Part shown: positions 11,528 through 22,825 of the stretch, one piece after another
Layout of the letters: the number at the start of each line of letters is the position of its first letter
Position numbering within the stretch: position 1 is the first letter of the stretch
From: Selaginella moellendorffii
Lineage: Eukaryota > Plantae > Lycopodiophyta
Reading direction: 5' to 3'
Assembly (NCBI RefSeq): GCF_000143415.4
Contig: NW_003314351.1
Span: 245,490-309,489 of the forward strand
Length of the DNA stretch: 64,000 nt
Program-made: the position numbers and the translations under genes
Notes under the pieces: generated by a model
What the model was told of the DNA's origin: nothing
Seen by the model: only the letters and a program-made list of their open reading frames with translations
Databases searched by the model: none

Positions 11528-12207
11528 TGCAGCATCGGACCCGGAAAAGCATCCACCTTTGAGACTTTGAATGAAATGGACAACTTTTTCATGCACCACA
11601 ATTCGAACGAAACACTAAGAAAGCTCAGGATTCATGTGAAGACTTGCTGGCTAGTGTCCTTTACTGCACAAACATCACTGCAAGAAATTGACACACTTAA
11701 TCAAATTCCTGACCTTAAAATCTGACCAATTATAAAAGTGTCAGGTGATCAAAAAGTTTAATATGAGAATAATGTGTGTCTGGGATGGCTTATATGCCAG
11801 TCTGAAGTGCCCGAACATCTATCCCAAGCTGTCAACTCATTGTTGACAGCTTGGGGTCCCATTCACTGGGACGATTTCATCGACATATTCATACCAGGCT
11901 TCTCTGGCATGTGTGATGGTTTATATTCTGTGACCAGGAAGTGTGAGAGGGCCGTTCAAAGTGAAGACTTGCTTGCTGGCTAGTGTCAGAAGGCTGCAGA
12001 ATCGGTCCCGCATCGGATCCCATCCCATCCAATCGATCCCATCCAAAGTCTTAAAGGTGGATGGGATCGATTGACACTAGCCAGCAAGTCTTCACAATCT
12101 TGGGCTTTCTTAGTGTTTCGTTCGAATTGTGGTGCATGAAAAAGAATGGTATTGTCCATTTCATTCAAAGTCTCAAAGGTGGATGCCTTTCCGGGTCCGA
12201 TGCTGCA
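11528..12207. repeat. About 130-bp inverted repeat (11528-11658 / 12073-12207) with nested shorter hairpins
   Basis: tgcagcatcggacccggaaaagcatccacctttgagactttgaatgaaatggacaa...gtgaagacttgctggctagtgtc is the reverse complement of 12073-12207, with few differences. Confidence 0.9.
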
Positions 12208-12467
12208 CTAAGAAAGCATCAATTCCTCTCCTAACTCTGGTGGAATTGAACCCTCCAGCATGTTGGCCTGGAGAACAAGCACCAGCAGTGATCCCATCCA
12301 TCATCCAAAGTCTTAAAGGTGGATGGGATCAATTAACACTCAAGGTGGACATTGGCAGACATTGGACCCCAGCGCAACTGTCGTGTATGGAGAAGACTAT
12401 AAGAATGGTATTGTCATTCTTATAGCCTTCTCCATGTACCACAATTGCGCTCAAGAGCCTGAGCCAT

Positions 12468-15287
12468 ATGGCATTCTGCGACATGCTGATGTTGCTGCTG
12501 CTGCTGCTGCTGCCAGTGGGACAAGCTTTGACCATCAATCACAGTGACCAGCAAATGCAGGCTTTGCTCAACTTCAAGTCCGGGATCACTGCTGATGCTT
12601 CAGGAGTCCTGGCGAACTGGACGCGCAAGAAGAAAGCTTCTTTGTGTTCTTCGAGCTGGAGCGGAATAATCTGTGACTCTGACAATCTCAGTGTTGTGGG
12701 TATCAATCTCTCCAACTGCACGCTTCAAGGTACGATCCTCCCTTCTTCTCTTGGAAGCATTGGTAGCTTGAAAGTTCTGAATCTGAGTCGAAACAACCTG
12801 TCGGGGAAGATACCACTTGACTTCGGCCAGTTGAAAAATCTGAGGACTCTGGCGCTGAACTTCAATGAGCTCGAGGGCCAAATTCCAGAAGAGCTTGGAA
12901 CCATCCAAGAGTTGACATATCTCAACCTCGGGTACAACAAACTTCGCGGTGGAATACCTGCTATGCTCGGACACCTCAAGAAGCTCGAAACTCTGGCACT
13001 CCACATGAACAATCTCACCAACATCATTCCCAGGGAACTCAGCAACTGTAGCAATCTTCAGGTGCTTGTTCTCGAGGCCAACATGCTGGAGGGTTCAATT
13101 CCACCAGAGTTAGGAGTGTTGCCCCAGCTGGAGCTGCTTGCCTTGGATAGCAATCACTTGTCAGGAAGTTTACCATCTTCTCTTGGGAATTGTACCAACA
13201 TGCAGGAGATCTGGCTGGGAGTCAACAGCTTGAAGGGTCCAATTCCAGAAGAGCTTGGACGATTGAAGAATCTTCAGGAGCTGCATCTGGAGCAAAACCA
13301 GCTGGACGGACATATTCCACTGGCCCTCGCTAATTGCTCAATGATCATCGAGCTGTTTCTGGGAGGAAATTCCCTGAGTGGACAGATTCCAAGTTCCTTC
13401 GGTCAGCTTCAGAACATGCAAGCCCTCTCCCTGTATGGATCCCAAAGGCTCACCGGCAAGATCCCAGAAGAGCTAGGAAATTGCAGCCAGCTAGAATGGT
13501 TGGATATCGGCTGGTCCCCCAATCTGGATGGTCCTATCCCATCATCATTGTTTCGGCTTCCGCTAACCACATTGGCTTTGGCTGAACTCGGACTGACGAA
13601 GAACAACTCCGGCACTTTATCACCAAGGATTGGCAACGTAACAACGCTGACCAATCTAGACCTGGGAATTTGTACTTTCCGAGGAAGCATTCCGAAGGAG
13701 CTGGCAAATCTGACAGCGCTTGAGCGTTTGAATCTAGGATCGAATCTGTTTGACGGAGAAATTCCACAAGATCTGGGACGACTCGTTAATCTGCAGCACT
13801 TATTCCTTGATACGAACAACTTGCATGGAGCCGTACCACAGTCGCTCACAAGCTTGAGCAAGCTCCAGGATTTGTTCATTCACAGGAACTCTCTGTCCGG
13901 AAGGATTTCCCACCTGTCATTCGAAAACTGGACACAGATGACAGATCTGAGGATGCACGAAAACAAACTCACAGGCTCAATACCTGAGTCACTTGGTGAC
14001 CTTTCCCAGCTCCAAATTCTCTATATGTTTAGTAATAGCTTCAGCGGGACAGTCCCCTCCATCGTCGGGAAGCTTCAGAAGTTGACTCAAATGGATCTAT
14101 CCAAGAATCTGCTCATTGGAGAAATTCCTCGAAGCCTTGGGAACTGCAGTTCATTGAAGCAGTTGGACCTGTCAAAGAATGCCATTAGTGGAAGAGTCCC
14201 GGATGAAATTGGTACAATATGTAAAAGCCTTCAAACATTGGGAGTAGAAGGAAACAAACTGACTGGGAACCTTCCGGTTACCTTGGAGAACTGCACCTTG
14301 TTGGAGCGCCTTAAGGTTGGGAATAACTCACTGAAGGGAGAGCTTGGTATGAACATTTCGAAGTTGTCCTCTTTGAAGATCCTCTCGCTCTCACTCAACA
14401 ATTTCCAAGGCCAGTTTCCACTGTTAAACGCAACTTCCATCGAGCTGATTGATCTGCGGGGGAACAGGTTTACTGGTGAGCTCCCTTCATCTCTGGGAAA
14501 GTACCAAACGCTGAGAGTGCTAAGCTTGGGGAACAACAGCTTCCGTGGTTCCTTGACATCCATGGATTGGCTGTGGAATCTCACCCAACTTCAGGTGCTC
14601 GACTTATCAAATAACCAGTTTGAAGGATCACTGCCCGCCACCCTCAACAATCTACAGGGTTTCAAGTTAACACCGGAGGGCGATGCTGCGGATGCCGATC
14701 GACTATATCAAGACCTGTTCCTCAGTGTGAAAGGCAATTTATTTGCTCCATACCAGTACGTCTTACGCACCACGACTCTGCTGGATTTATCGACGAATCA
14801 GCTGACTGGCAAGCTTCCTGTAAGCATGGGCGACCTCGTTGGTCTTCGTTACCTTAACCTGTCCCACAACAATTTTAGTGGTGAGATTCCAAGTTCCTAT
14901 GGGAAAATCACTCAACTGGAGCAGCTCGACCTGTCCTTCAACCACCTGCAAGGCTCCATTCCAACCTTACTCGCAAATCTCGACTCGCTTGCCTCCTTCA
15001 ACGTGTCTTTCAATCAGCTGGAGGGTGAGATCCCGCAGACGAAGCAGTTTGACACATTCGACAACTCAAGCTTCATCGGAAATCTCGGCCTCTGTGGTCG
15101 CCCACTCTCCAAACAATGCCACGAAACAGAATCAGGAGCAGCCGGACCTGTGGGAGCTGGAAGCATCTCTGAGTCGGACTCCAACGAGACCTGGTGGGAA
15201 GAAAATGTGTCACCTGTTTCTTTCGCACTGTCCTCCGCCATTAGCTTCTGCTTGTCGTGGTTGATGCTACGCTGGAGGCAGCTGTAA
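12468..15287 (+). CDS. LRR receptor-like protein (no kinase), intronless, 939 aa
   Basis: Leu-rich signal peptide, N-cap (QALLNFK...W...C...WSGIIC), many plant LRRs (LxxLxLxxNxLxGxIP), island domain near GFKLTPEG, C-cap GNLGLCGRPL, transmembrane helix and a tail of only a few residues. Confidence 0.95.
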   Translation: MAFCDMLMLLLLLLLPVGQALTINHSDQQMQALLNFKSGITADASGVLANWTRKKKASLCSSSWSGIICDSDNLSVVGINLSNCTLQGTILPSSLGSIGSLKVLNLSRNNLSGKIPLDFGQLKNLRTLALNFNELEGQIPEELGTIQELTYLNLGYNKLRGGIPAMLGHLKKLETLALHMNNLTNIIPRELSNCSNLQVLVLEANMLEGSIPPELGVLPQLELLALDSNHLSGSLPSSLGNCTNMQEIWLGVNSLKGPIPEELGRLKNLQELHLEQNQLDGHIPLALANCSMIIELFLGGNSLSGQIPSSFGQLQNMQALSLYGSQRLTGKIPEELGNCSQLEWLDIGWSPNLDGPIPSSLFRLPLTTLALAELGLTKNNSGTLSPRIGNVTTLTNLDLGICTFRGSIPKELANLTALERLNLGSNLFDGEIPQDLGRLVNLQHLFLDTNNLHGAVPQSLTSLSKLQDLFIHRNSLSGRISHLSFENWTQMTDLRMHENKLTGSIPESLGDLSQLQILYMFSNSFSGTVPSIVGKLQKLTQMDLSKNLLIGEIPRSLGNCSSLKQLDLSKNAISGRVPDEIGTICKSLQTLGVEGNKLTGNLPVTLENCTLLERLKVGNNSLKGELGMNISKLSSLKILSLSLNNFQGQFPLLNATSIELIDLRGNRFTGELPSSLGKYQTLRVLSLGNNSFRGSLTSMDWLWNLTQLQVLDLSNNQFEGSLPATLNNLQGFKLTPEGDAADADRLYQDLFLSVKGNLFAPYQYVLRTTTLLDLSTNQLTGKLPVSMGDLVGLRYLNLSHNNFSGEIPSSYGKITQLEQLDLSFNHLQGSIPTLLANLDSLASFNVSFNQLEGEIPQTKQFDTFDNSSFIGNLGLCGRPLSKQCHETESGAAGPVGAGSISESDSNETWWEENVSPVSFALSSAISFCLSWLMLRWRQL

Positions 15288-16499
15288 GCAGCCAGACGAG
15301 CTATCGAACCATCGTCCAAATGTTCATTGTACATACGAGGAACAGCTGGCCAGTTGCTGGTGACCAAGGTTCCTCAGATCACCACCTAATAGGAAAACCA
15401 TGCGCATTTTAAAGAGCTGCACTTTTGTTCTTATCATCCTAGTGAAAAAGAAAACGCAGTTTGTCACTGCGACTTGTACGAAGATCTGCTTATTGGAGAG
15501 GATCAAGTAGGATGATCACCATATCACTTATAATATCACATCACGTTATCGTCACCAAAAGAATAAAACGTTAAAACACTTACCGAACCCCCCAGGAGTT
15601 CTTTCTAGTGGCTTATTCAAGTCCCATAACACAACTGCAAGGAGCTTTGATCATAAGGTTCCCAAGACAGGTTGTTCACGTAAAATGATTTCCTCTACAG
15701 AAATCCATCCGGAAGTTTCATGAGGCCCTTCCTAAACTTGCTCAGCAATCATTGAAGCCAAGGGCAGAAGCCCCTCAAGATCTCACCTTCAAAAAAGCCG
15801 CAAGAAAGAGAGCGCCGCTCAGCTTTACTACTGCTCCCAGCTTCTCAAAAAATATCGCAGTTGATGAGATACATATCTCCTTCGCTTTTTCCCTTCAAAA
15901 TGAGAAGCTAAACGATGCCTCAAGGATGACTGACAAGTACCCAGAGGCCAGTGCCAACAGAGTGTGTCTTCTTTGTTCCAAAGTTCCATTATTCGGCCAC
16001 ATTGTGCAAGTCTGGGATTGAAGGTGAAGAATATCATGCCAGACTGAAGTAAGTGCCTAAAATCAATTTCTGTAAGTACAGAGAGTATCACACACTAGGA
16101 GGTTTGTTCCAAGTTGAGAATCCTACCTCAGACCCTTACCAAAACCCTGTCACATGCCAGACTAACCAGGCGACTGGCCACAGTCTGGTGTCCACGGACA
16201 TGCAACTAGATGAATGAAATGTGAAAACCTGGATCAAATTCAAGATCGAATGACAAAACTCACCGCCTTATTGGCGCCTCCAGCAGCAGCAGAGAGATGA
16301 GAAGAATCACAGGCGCCAATGGCCATGTAAACCTAATCTCTGTGATCGCTGTGTGCGGTTATGTTGTTGTAAGAGATTTGTAATTTGAGTGGTTTCAATT
16401 CTACCTCTAAGTCCTTTGGTAAATTCAACCATGATCCAGGAATGTGGATTTGTCAATCCAGCTCAGTACTTGGCCACGCCCAAACAGTGCGTAGCTGAG

Positions 16500-17175
16500 G
16501 GCCATACCGTACACGAAGAACCCTAAAATAGAGCCGTACGGGTACAAACTAGCGCTCCCGGAGCCTGGCCTGCGATTTCTCGGCTCTTCCCATCCTCTTC
16601 GCGGCGTTGTCATACTCCTGGAGCCTTCCCATGGCGGCCAGCGTTCGTTTCTCCAGCTCCATCTCCCACTGGCGAATCTCTCCGCGGGAGATCGCAGCCT
16701 CACGGGCAATGGCCAGTCGAGATACCTAGAGAATGGAGTCACGAGAAGAGCTTTCCGGGTTGCGATGGTACCTGGTCGACGATATCGATCGACGCCGGCA
16801 CCTAGGATGATCGAGGGGAGAAATCCATGGTCTAGGAGGAGAAATTTGGAGAAATTCTTAGCAATGCCTGGTTGCCGGTTTGGAGCAGCAGATGCCACGA
16901 CGCCAAGAGGGACCTATAGAGATCATTTTCGATGAGCACCATGGAAGATCGCTAGAAAATCGTGCCGATACCTGATCTAGTGGCCATTGTCGACGCTGGA
17001 GCACCGGGATTTCGAGCAGTCGGAGGAGAACTCTAGAGATTTGGGAGAGATCGGCCATGGTATTCTCGAAATATCACAAATCCAGCTGAGATACCTCTCG
17101 AATCGGAGTGCCAGGATGCGGCGCCAGTGAGGAAGACGACGCATCGCTCTTCTGGGATTTCGATCCGTCCGCCAT
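16500..17175 (-). other. Element X copy 2 (single internal unit)
   Basis: Collinear with about 5330-6361 but has one copy of the about 300-bp unit; ATG at 17175. Confidence 0.6.

Positions 17176-17177
<2 letters not shown>

Positions 17178-17214
<37 letters not shown>
17178..17214. repeat. (CT)n microsatellite, about 18 units
   Basis: Perfect ctctct run; the paralogous site near 6368 has only about 5 units. Confidence 0.97.
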
Positions 17215-17217
<3 letters not shown>

Positions 17218-17276
17218 CAAAAGAAGTACAAGGGCGGCAATCTATTCAAACGAGCTTTCTTTAGGGTTTTGATTCA

Positions 17277-18791
17277 ATGGCGCTGGTCGATAGGAGACAA
17301 TGCGCTGCCGCCGGCGATGGCGAGGTCTACCTCCGGCTCAAGGCCTTGGAGGACGAAATCAGGTACCGCGACACCCGATTAGAGTGCATGGAGACGGAGA
17401 TGAGATTCGCGCGGCGCCAGATCCTTTTCGCGAGTGAAGAGCTAGCGATGCTTCGATCCGTGCCGCTTATGCTGGGGCTCTTGATGGAGGTGATCGATGG
17501 GGATCATGCGATTGTCTTGTGGAATAACACGCCGCGGTATGTTCGGATCCAGAGCATCGTCAACAGGGAGCTTCTCAAGCCCGGGAGCTCGGTTGCTCTC
17601 CACACGCACTCGTTTGCTCTCATGGATGTTCTTTCATTGGAGGTGAACTCTTCGGTGACGCTCCTCACGGATCCTCTCAGGCCGGACGTCACGTATGCGG
17701 TATAAGTTCCTTCGATTTTTCTTCTCTTTTGCAGACAAACTTCACACCACCTTTGATCTTCTTTTCTCGTTTCTTTTTTTCCTGGAGAGAAGCTTTCACC
17801 ACCTTTGCTAAAACTTTTCTTTCGTTTTCCAGGATATCGGGGGATTGGAAGTCCAGAAGCAAGAGATTCGAGAAGTTGTGGAGCTTCCACTGACCCATCC
17901 CGAGCTGTACGCGCAACTCGGAGTTGATCCGCCCAAGGGGGTTTTGTTGTATGGTGCTCCGGGAACTGGCAAAACCATGCTCGTCAAGGCCGTGGCGCAT
18001 CACACCTCCGCTGCTTTCATCCGGGTTGTGGCATCGGAGTTTATTCAAAGGTACCTTGGAGAGGTAAGTTTCTACTCTTTCTCGTCGAAAGCTCTCAGCC
18101 TTTCGGGTTCAACGTTCAAACGTTGTGCAGGGTCCACGGATGATGCGCGATGTTTTCAAGCTTGCCAAAGCAAATGCGCCGGCCATCATCTTCATCGATG
18201 AAGTGGATGCCATCGCCACTGCTCGTTTTGATTCTCAAAATGGTGCAGACAGGGAAGTGCAGCGGATTTTAATGGAGCTTCTTACTCAGGTTTCTTTTCT
18301 TTCGGTTTTTTTTTTTTTTTCAGATTTTCTACCTTTGCTGAAAGTGTTCTCTTGCAGTTGGATGGATTCGATCAAAGTCTCAATGTGAAGGTTATCATGG
18401 CTACAAATCGTGCCGATACTTTGGACCCTGCTCTACTGAGGCCTGGACGACTCGACAGGAAGATCGAGTTCCCCTATCCAGATAAGCGAGAGAAGCGACT
18501 CATTTTCCAGGTTTGCACGTCCAAGATGAACCTCAGCGATGAAGTTGATTTGGAGGACTTTATTTCGAGGCCGGACAAGATCACGGCAGCCGAAGTAAGC
18601 GCTCGCGTTGCGATTTAGAAGAGGAAAAACTCACGAACAATTCTTGTGCTTTCCAGATATCAGCCGTTTGCCAGGAAGCTGGGATGCAAGCAGTGCGAAA
18701 GAACCGATACGTAGTTCTTGCCAAGGACTTCGAGAAGGGGTATAAAGCCAATGTGAAGAAATCCAGCAAGGAGATGAGCTTTTACCAGTAG
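17277..18791 (+). CDS. RPT3: 26S proteasome AAA-ATPase RPT3-like, copy B, 5 exons
   Basis: Same motifs and intron positions as copy A; pore loop FIQRYLGE; ends SFYQ*. Confidence 0.92.
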
Positions 18792-18939
18792 AACTTGAGT
18801 GGTATGCTCTGTGGTTTAAATTTTGGTTGATCGAATGATTTGAAACCATCTTATCTTTACAGAGAAAGCTATCTTGGTTCCTTAACTTGCATTTGGAGAA
18901 GAAGATGGTCTCCAGAGTTACAGGCGAAGAGGCCTTTAC

Positions 18940-20941
18940 TCACACAGTTCTTACGAGACCACGTCCCTCCACACTGATCCTCTCGGCTTGCAACTTTCGT
19001 TTCTTGGGAGTTCTCAGTTGCTGCAACTTCTTGTTCATCTGGATCAAAGATCGGGTTAACGAGAATTCCGAAGCTAAGAACACTCGTTCGCTTACCTTCG
19101 AGCGCTTTGTTTCGGCCTTTTGCTGCTGCTTGCGACTGTTTAGTATCTCGTCCATGTCCACTTTCGACTGCGGACGAACGACGAAGTCCATTGCCACTGC
19201 TTCCGGACGAGACGCGTGGTTCCTGTAGCCGGGTTGGCCAGGCTTTGCTTCCCTGGAGAGCACAAAACGTTAGCACCAAGTTCTAAAGCCATTTAGAATC
19301 CACAGGCACTCACTCGGATCCATCATCCAGTAAGTCGTCTTCCACAGAATTGCGCATTACTCGCCTGTAGAAACAAGTTAGCACTGGGAAAAGGCCCCTC
19401 CCTGTTCTTACTTTTTCGGTTGTGCCTTTCTTGCGATAGGCCTTTCTTCATCGTAATTCCTCAGGTGCTCGTAACGGGTGCTTTTCTGAAACAGTGGCCG
19501 GCTCTGCAGAAAGGCAAACAAAGAAAACAGCTTAATCACACACTCGACTTTGCTAAAAGCATACCCATTTATCCACGAGATCTTTGGCCAGCTTTTTGTT
19601 GCTAGGCGTTTCTTCATCCAGCTTTGACAAGAACATCACCACCTAAAGTGACAGAAAAGAAAATTAACATGACACGCTAAATGATGTCACGGCCATACCT
19701 TTCCAAGACCACTCTTTTTTAATTGCTCTCGCCTGTCCTCGTGCTCCAAATCGATTGGCAGCTACAGAACACACAAAATCTTTTGAGGCAATCAGAAAAA
19801 AAGCATTAGTGTCTGCTTACGTCCGTGAGGAGCTGGAGAATTGCGGTACGAACGTTCATGTTCGGCAGAGAACCGTCCGGAAGAGACTCAAGCCACGACT
19901 TTAGCAAGCCAAGAACACCCCGATCGAGGAACTCATTCTGATACTGGCGTCTGGAAAAACCAATTAGAAATCAAGACCCAGCGACCGATGTTCACTTTAC
20001 TTTTGCAGCGAGTTCACAAGCGTCGGAAGCAGCTTGAGCTTGTTGATGGCAGGCTTTGATCGCCGGTTTAGTTTTATGTCATCCTCGGCCGCGTTCGCTA
20101 GCTTCGTAATAACATGCTCCACCAGAGCTGCAATCTCTTCGTCTGTCTGTCCAGCCTGTTTTCGTTTCTTCCCGCTCTTAAATATCCGTTTCAAGTCGTC
20201 CTCCTCTTCGCCTTCTTCTGCCTGTACAAGGAAAAAACGTGGTGAGCTCAACTGTCACAGACAACTTGACAAATAAAAAATTCTCAGTACCTGTGGAGCA
20301 TCTCCGGCCGAGCCAGCTTCATCATCGCTGCCAATGTAATGAGCTGCTGGTTCCACTCCAGTGTCGTCAATGAAAGCCATGTCAGCTTGAGTTCGCTGCC
20401 CCTCATTGTCATCCTAGAAGAAAGCAAAGAACTTTAGACAACCAAAAGAAAAGAAAGGAGAAAAGAAAGAACTGTCACCGACCTCGGAGTCGTTCCCTCC
20501 AGCAACCGAGTTCCACATCTCGTTCATCTCACTCTCCTTTCCACCTCGATCATGCTTGAAAAGCCGCGACGATCGCTCTCTCCTTTCTTCCCTGGGTTTC
20601 CTGCGCTCGTCATCCCTCCCGACCTTGCTGGATTGCCCAATAGCGCTCTTCTTGACAAGCCTCTTCCGGGGTTTCTCAGATTTGGACGCCTCCTCGGCAT
20701 CGCCATCGTCTGATCCAGCGCCGCCGTGCGCCGACGACGGCGATTCCTCTCGCCGTTGGGGCTGATCGTCTTCCTCCTGTTGCTGCCAATCATCCTCAAT
20801 TGGGGGTTGCTGCCATTCCTCCTCAGCTGCATCCTCGTCTGGATCGAAGATTGGCTGCCCGCCCTCGTCGCGATCGCTGCATATGCGGGCCGCCTATCAA
20901 AATCTAAGCACGCAGGAGAGAATTTCTTACTAGTCCTCCAT
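18940..20941 (-). CDS. IWS1: IWS1/SPN1 transcription elongation factor, multi-exon
   Basis: MEDYDRDEGGQPIFDPDE start (micro first exon), acidic linker, AAEDDIKLNRRSKPAINKLKLLP, WLSLFRTVLC (variant of the LPDGSLP region), KPGQPGYRNHASRPE, MDFVVRPQSK, and ISVEGRG C-terminus. One internal exon looks atypical and the exact stop is approximate. Confidence 0.85.
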
Positions 20942-21386
20942 GGCGAGCGTTGATGCCTCCCCCAAGAACCCTAGACACAGAGCTTTACTTTAGGGCAAGG
21001 AAAAAAAGGATAATGGTAATGGTACCAAAAATGGTAATGGTAACTTGGTCATGGTAACGTCGGCGAAATAACCGCGCTCTTCAAGCCCACCGGAGTTGAC
21101 GGGCATTGACGTGTGCCTCGTGCATGGCTATGGTTGCTTCTAGGGTTCTTGTTCTTCTATTGCCGTTGCTTCCTCGGTGTCTCCTTTCTCCCTGTTAGGG
21201 TTTTCCAATCTTCTTGGCGCTTACCCGGTCTACGCCGGCGGCTGCTGACGCGCTCGAATCTCTCGACCTTGCGTTCTTGGATCCAATGCCCCGGGTAAGA
21301 AATTTCAGCTGTGAGCGGTGCGATAGGCAGTGATTGCCAGCGATTGGATAGGTTTTCATGGGAATTGAGGAAGAATCGGTCGAGGA

Positions 21387-22740
21387 ATGCTGAATCTGGG
21401 TCTCAAGATCTCGAGCTGGCGCTACAAGCAATCCATCCGGCGATGCGTGGTGATGAGAGATGGAAGGGCGGTGTCGAATCGAGCCGCCCAGGGCAGTAAC
21501 ACTCGCCTCCCTCCCAATGCTTCCTTCGTCGACGGGGTAGCGACCAAGGATTGCATCATTGATCCAGCGACCGGGGTGGCAATTCGGATCTTCCTCCCTC
21601 ACCACTGTCTCGGGGTTAGCGACGCGGCGGGCAGCAAGGGATTCGGATGGCTGCCGCGAGATCACACAGCGCCAGGGGACGAGGAATCCTTGAGATCTTC
21701 GCTGGAGCTCTCGGATGGAAGCTCCGTCGGTAGCAGCAATGGGAATTCCGACAATGAGAAGCTCCTGGCACTGGAAGAAGCTCTCAAGTTCTCTGGCGGC
21801 TACTTTCCAGCGAGCAAGCAAGAACACGTCAAGCTTCCAGTGATAGTCCAGTTCCATGCCGGGGCTTTCGTGAGTGGCAGCAAGGATTCCTCCTCCAACG
21901 ACGTGTTTTGCCGAAGGATCGCCAAAGCTTGCAAGTGTATCGTGATCGCGGTGGGCTATCGTCTCGCTCCAGACAATAAGTTCCCAGCTCCAAGAGACGA
22001 TGGGATCTTCACGCTCAAGTGGCTAGCAAAGCAGGGAAATCTAGCCGCGTTTCCAGCCACGGCTGTCTCTCACGGGATCATCGAGAGCTTTGGACAAATG
22101 CCAGCGGATCCATGGATCTCCGCTCACGTTGATTACTCGAGGTAAGAAAAGATAGAAAAAGAGCAACTTTGCTGAATTTCTTCAAAGTTCTTACACCTTT
22201 CTTCGATCCACCAGGTGTGCTTTGATGGGGATTGGAGCTGGAGGAACCATCGCCGAGCAAGTCTCCCAGGCGTGTGTAAGTTTAAAGCTGGAACTAGAGC
22301 CGCTGAAAGTCGTGAGCCAGGTTCTTATTTATCCATTGCTGGGTGGAAGCACGCCTCTCCCCTCAGAGATCTCGCTGGCTGATGCGTATTTTCTGGACAG
22401 AGAAATGTTGGCTCTGGCCTGGAGCTGGTTTCTCCCGGAAGAACATCTCGCGGTAGCTAGCTCCATCGATCCTATCAGTTCTTCTCGCAGCTCGATCCTC
22501 TCCAAGATGCCGTCGACGCTAGTGATCAGTGCCGAGCTAGACATGCTGAGAGACCGCGCGGCGGCCTACGTCCAAGCTCTCAAGATGGTGAGCGTGGACG
22601 CGAGCTTTCTCACGTACAGGAACGCCGTCCATGGCTTTGCGACCATCGACTGCTTCCTCGACACGAAGCTTGCGCAAGCTTGTGTGGAAGACATCGCGAT
22701 TTGGTTCGCTAAGCACGTCAAGTGTGACTACTGGGGGTGA
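21387..22740 (+). CDS. CXE/HSL-family alpha/beta hydrolase (CXE11/CXE16-like), 2 exons, nucleophile Ser absent
   Basis: DGVATKDCIID, KLPVIVQFHAGAFVSGS, VGYRLAP, DPWISAHVDYSRC, ELDMLRD and AVHGF motifs; intron 22142-22214; nucleophile elbow reads GIGAG. Confidence 0.88.
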
Positions 22741-22825
22741 ATCGCTGCCAAAAATCCGATTTTTTCATCGCCAATGTAAAGTTTGTTTATCTTCTGATGC
22801 GATCGATCCTTTGGTCCAATGTATT

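Noticed and set aside
11528-12335. CRISPR-like array or known miRNA
   Set aside because: Repeats are irregular and inverted rather than regularly spaced, and no conserved plant miRNA sequence was recognised.
16150-16212. Helitron 3' end (short hairpin followed by CTAG)
   Set aside because: The hairpin is very short, CTAG is followed by A rather than T, it does not coincide with the cargo boundary, and no matching 5' end was found.
15550-16320. Retroelement remnant
   Set aside because: No RT, integrase, gag, LTR or PBS motif could be recognised by eye; left unassigned.
21387-22740. Gibberellin receptor GID1
   Set aside because: It lacks the GID1 N-terminal lid signature and GDSSG, retains His, and its motifs match the CXE11/16 clade.
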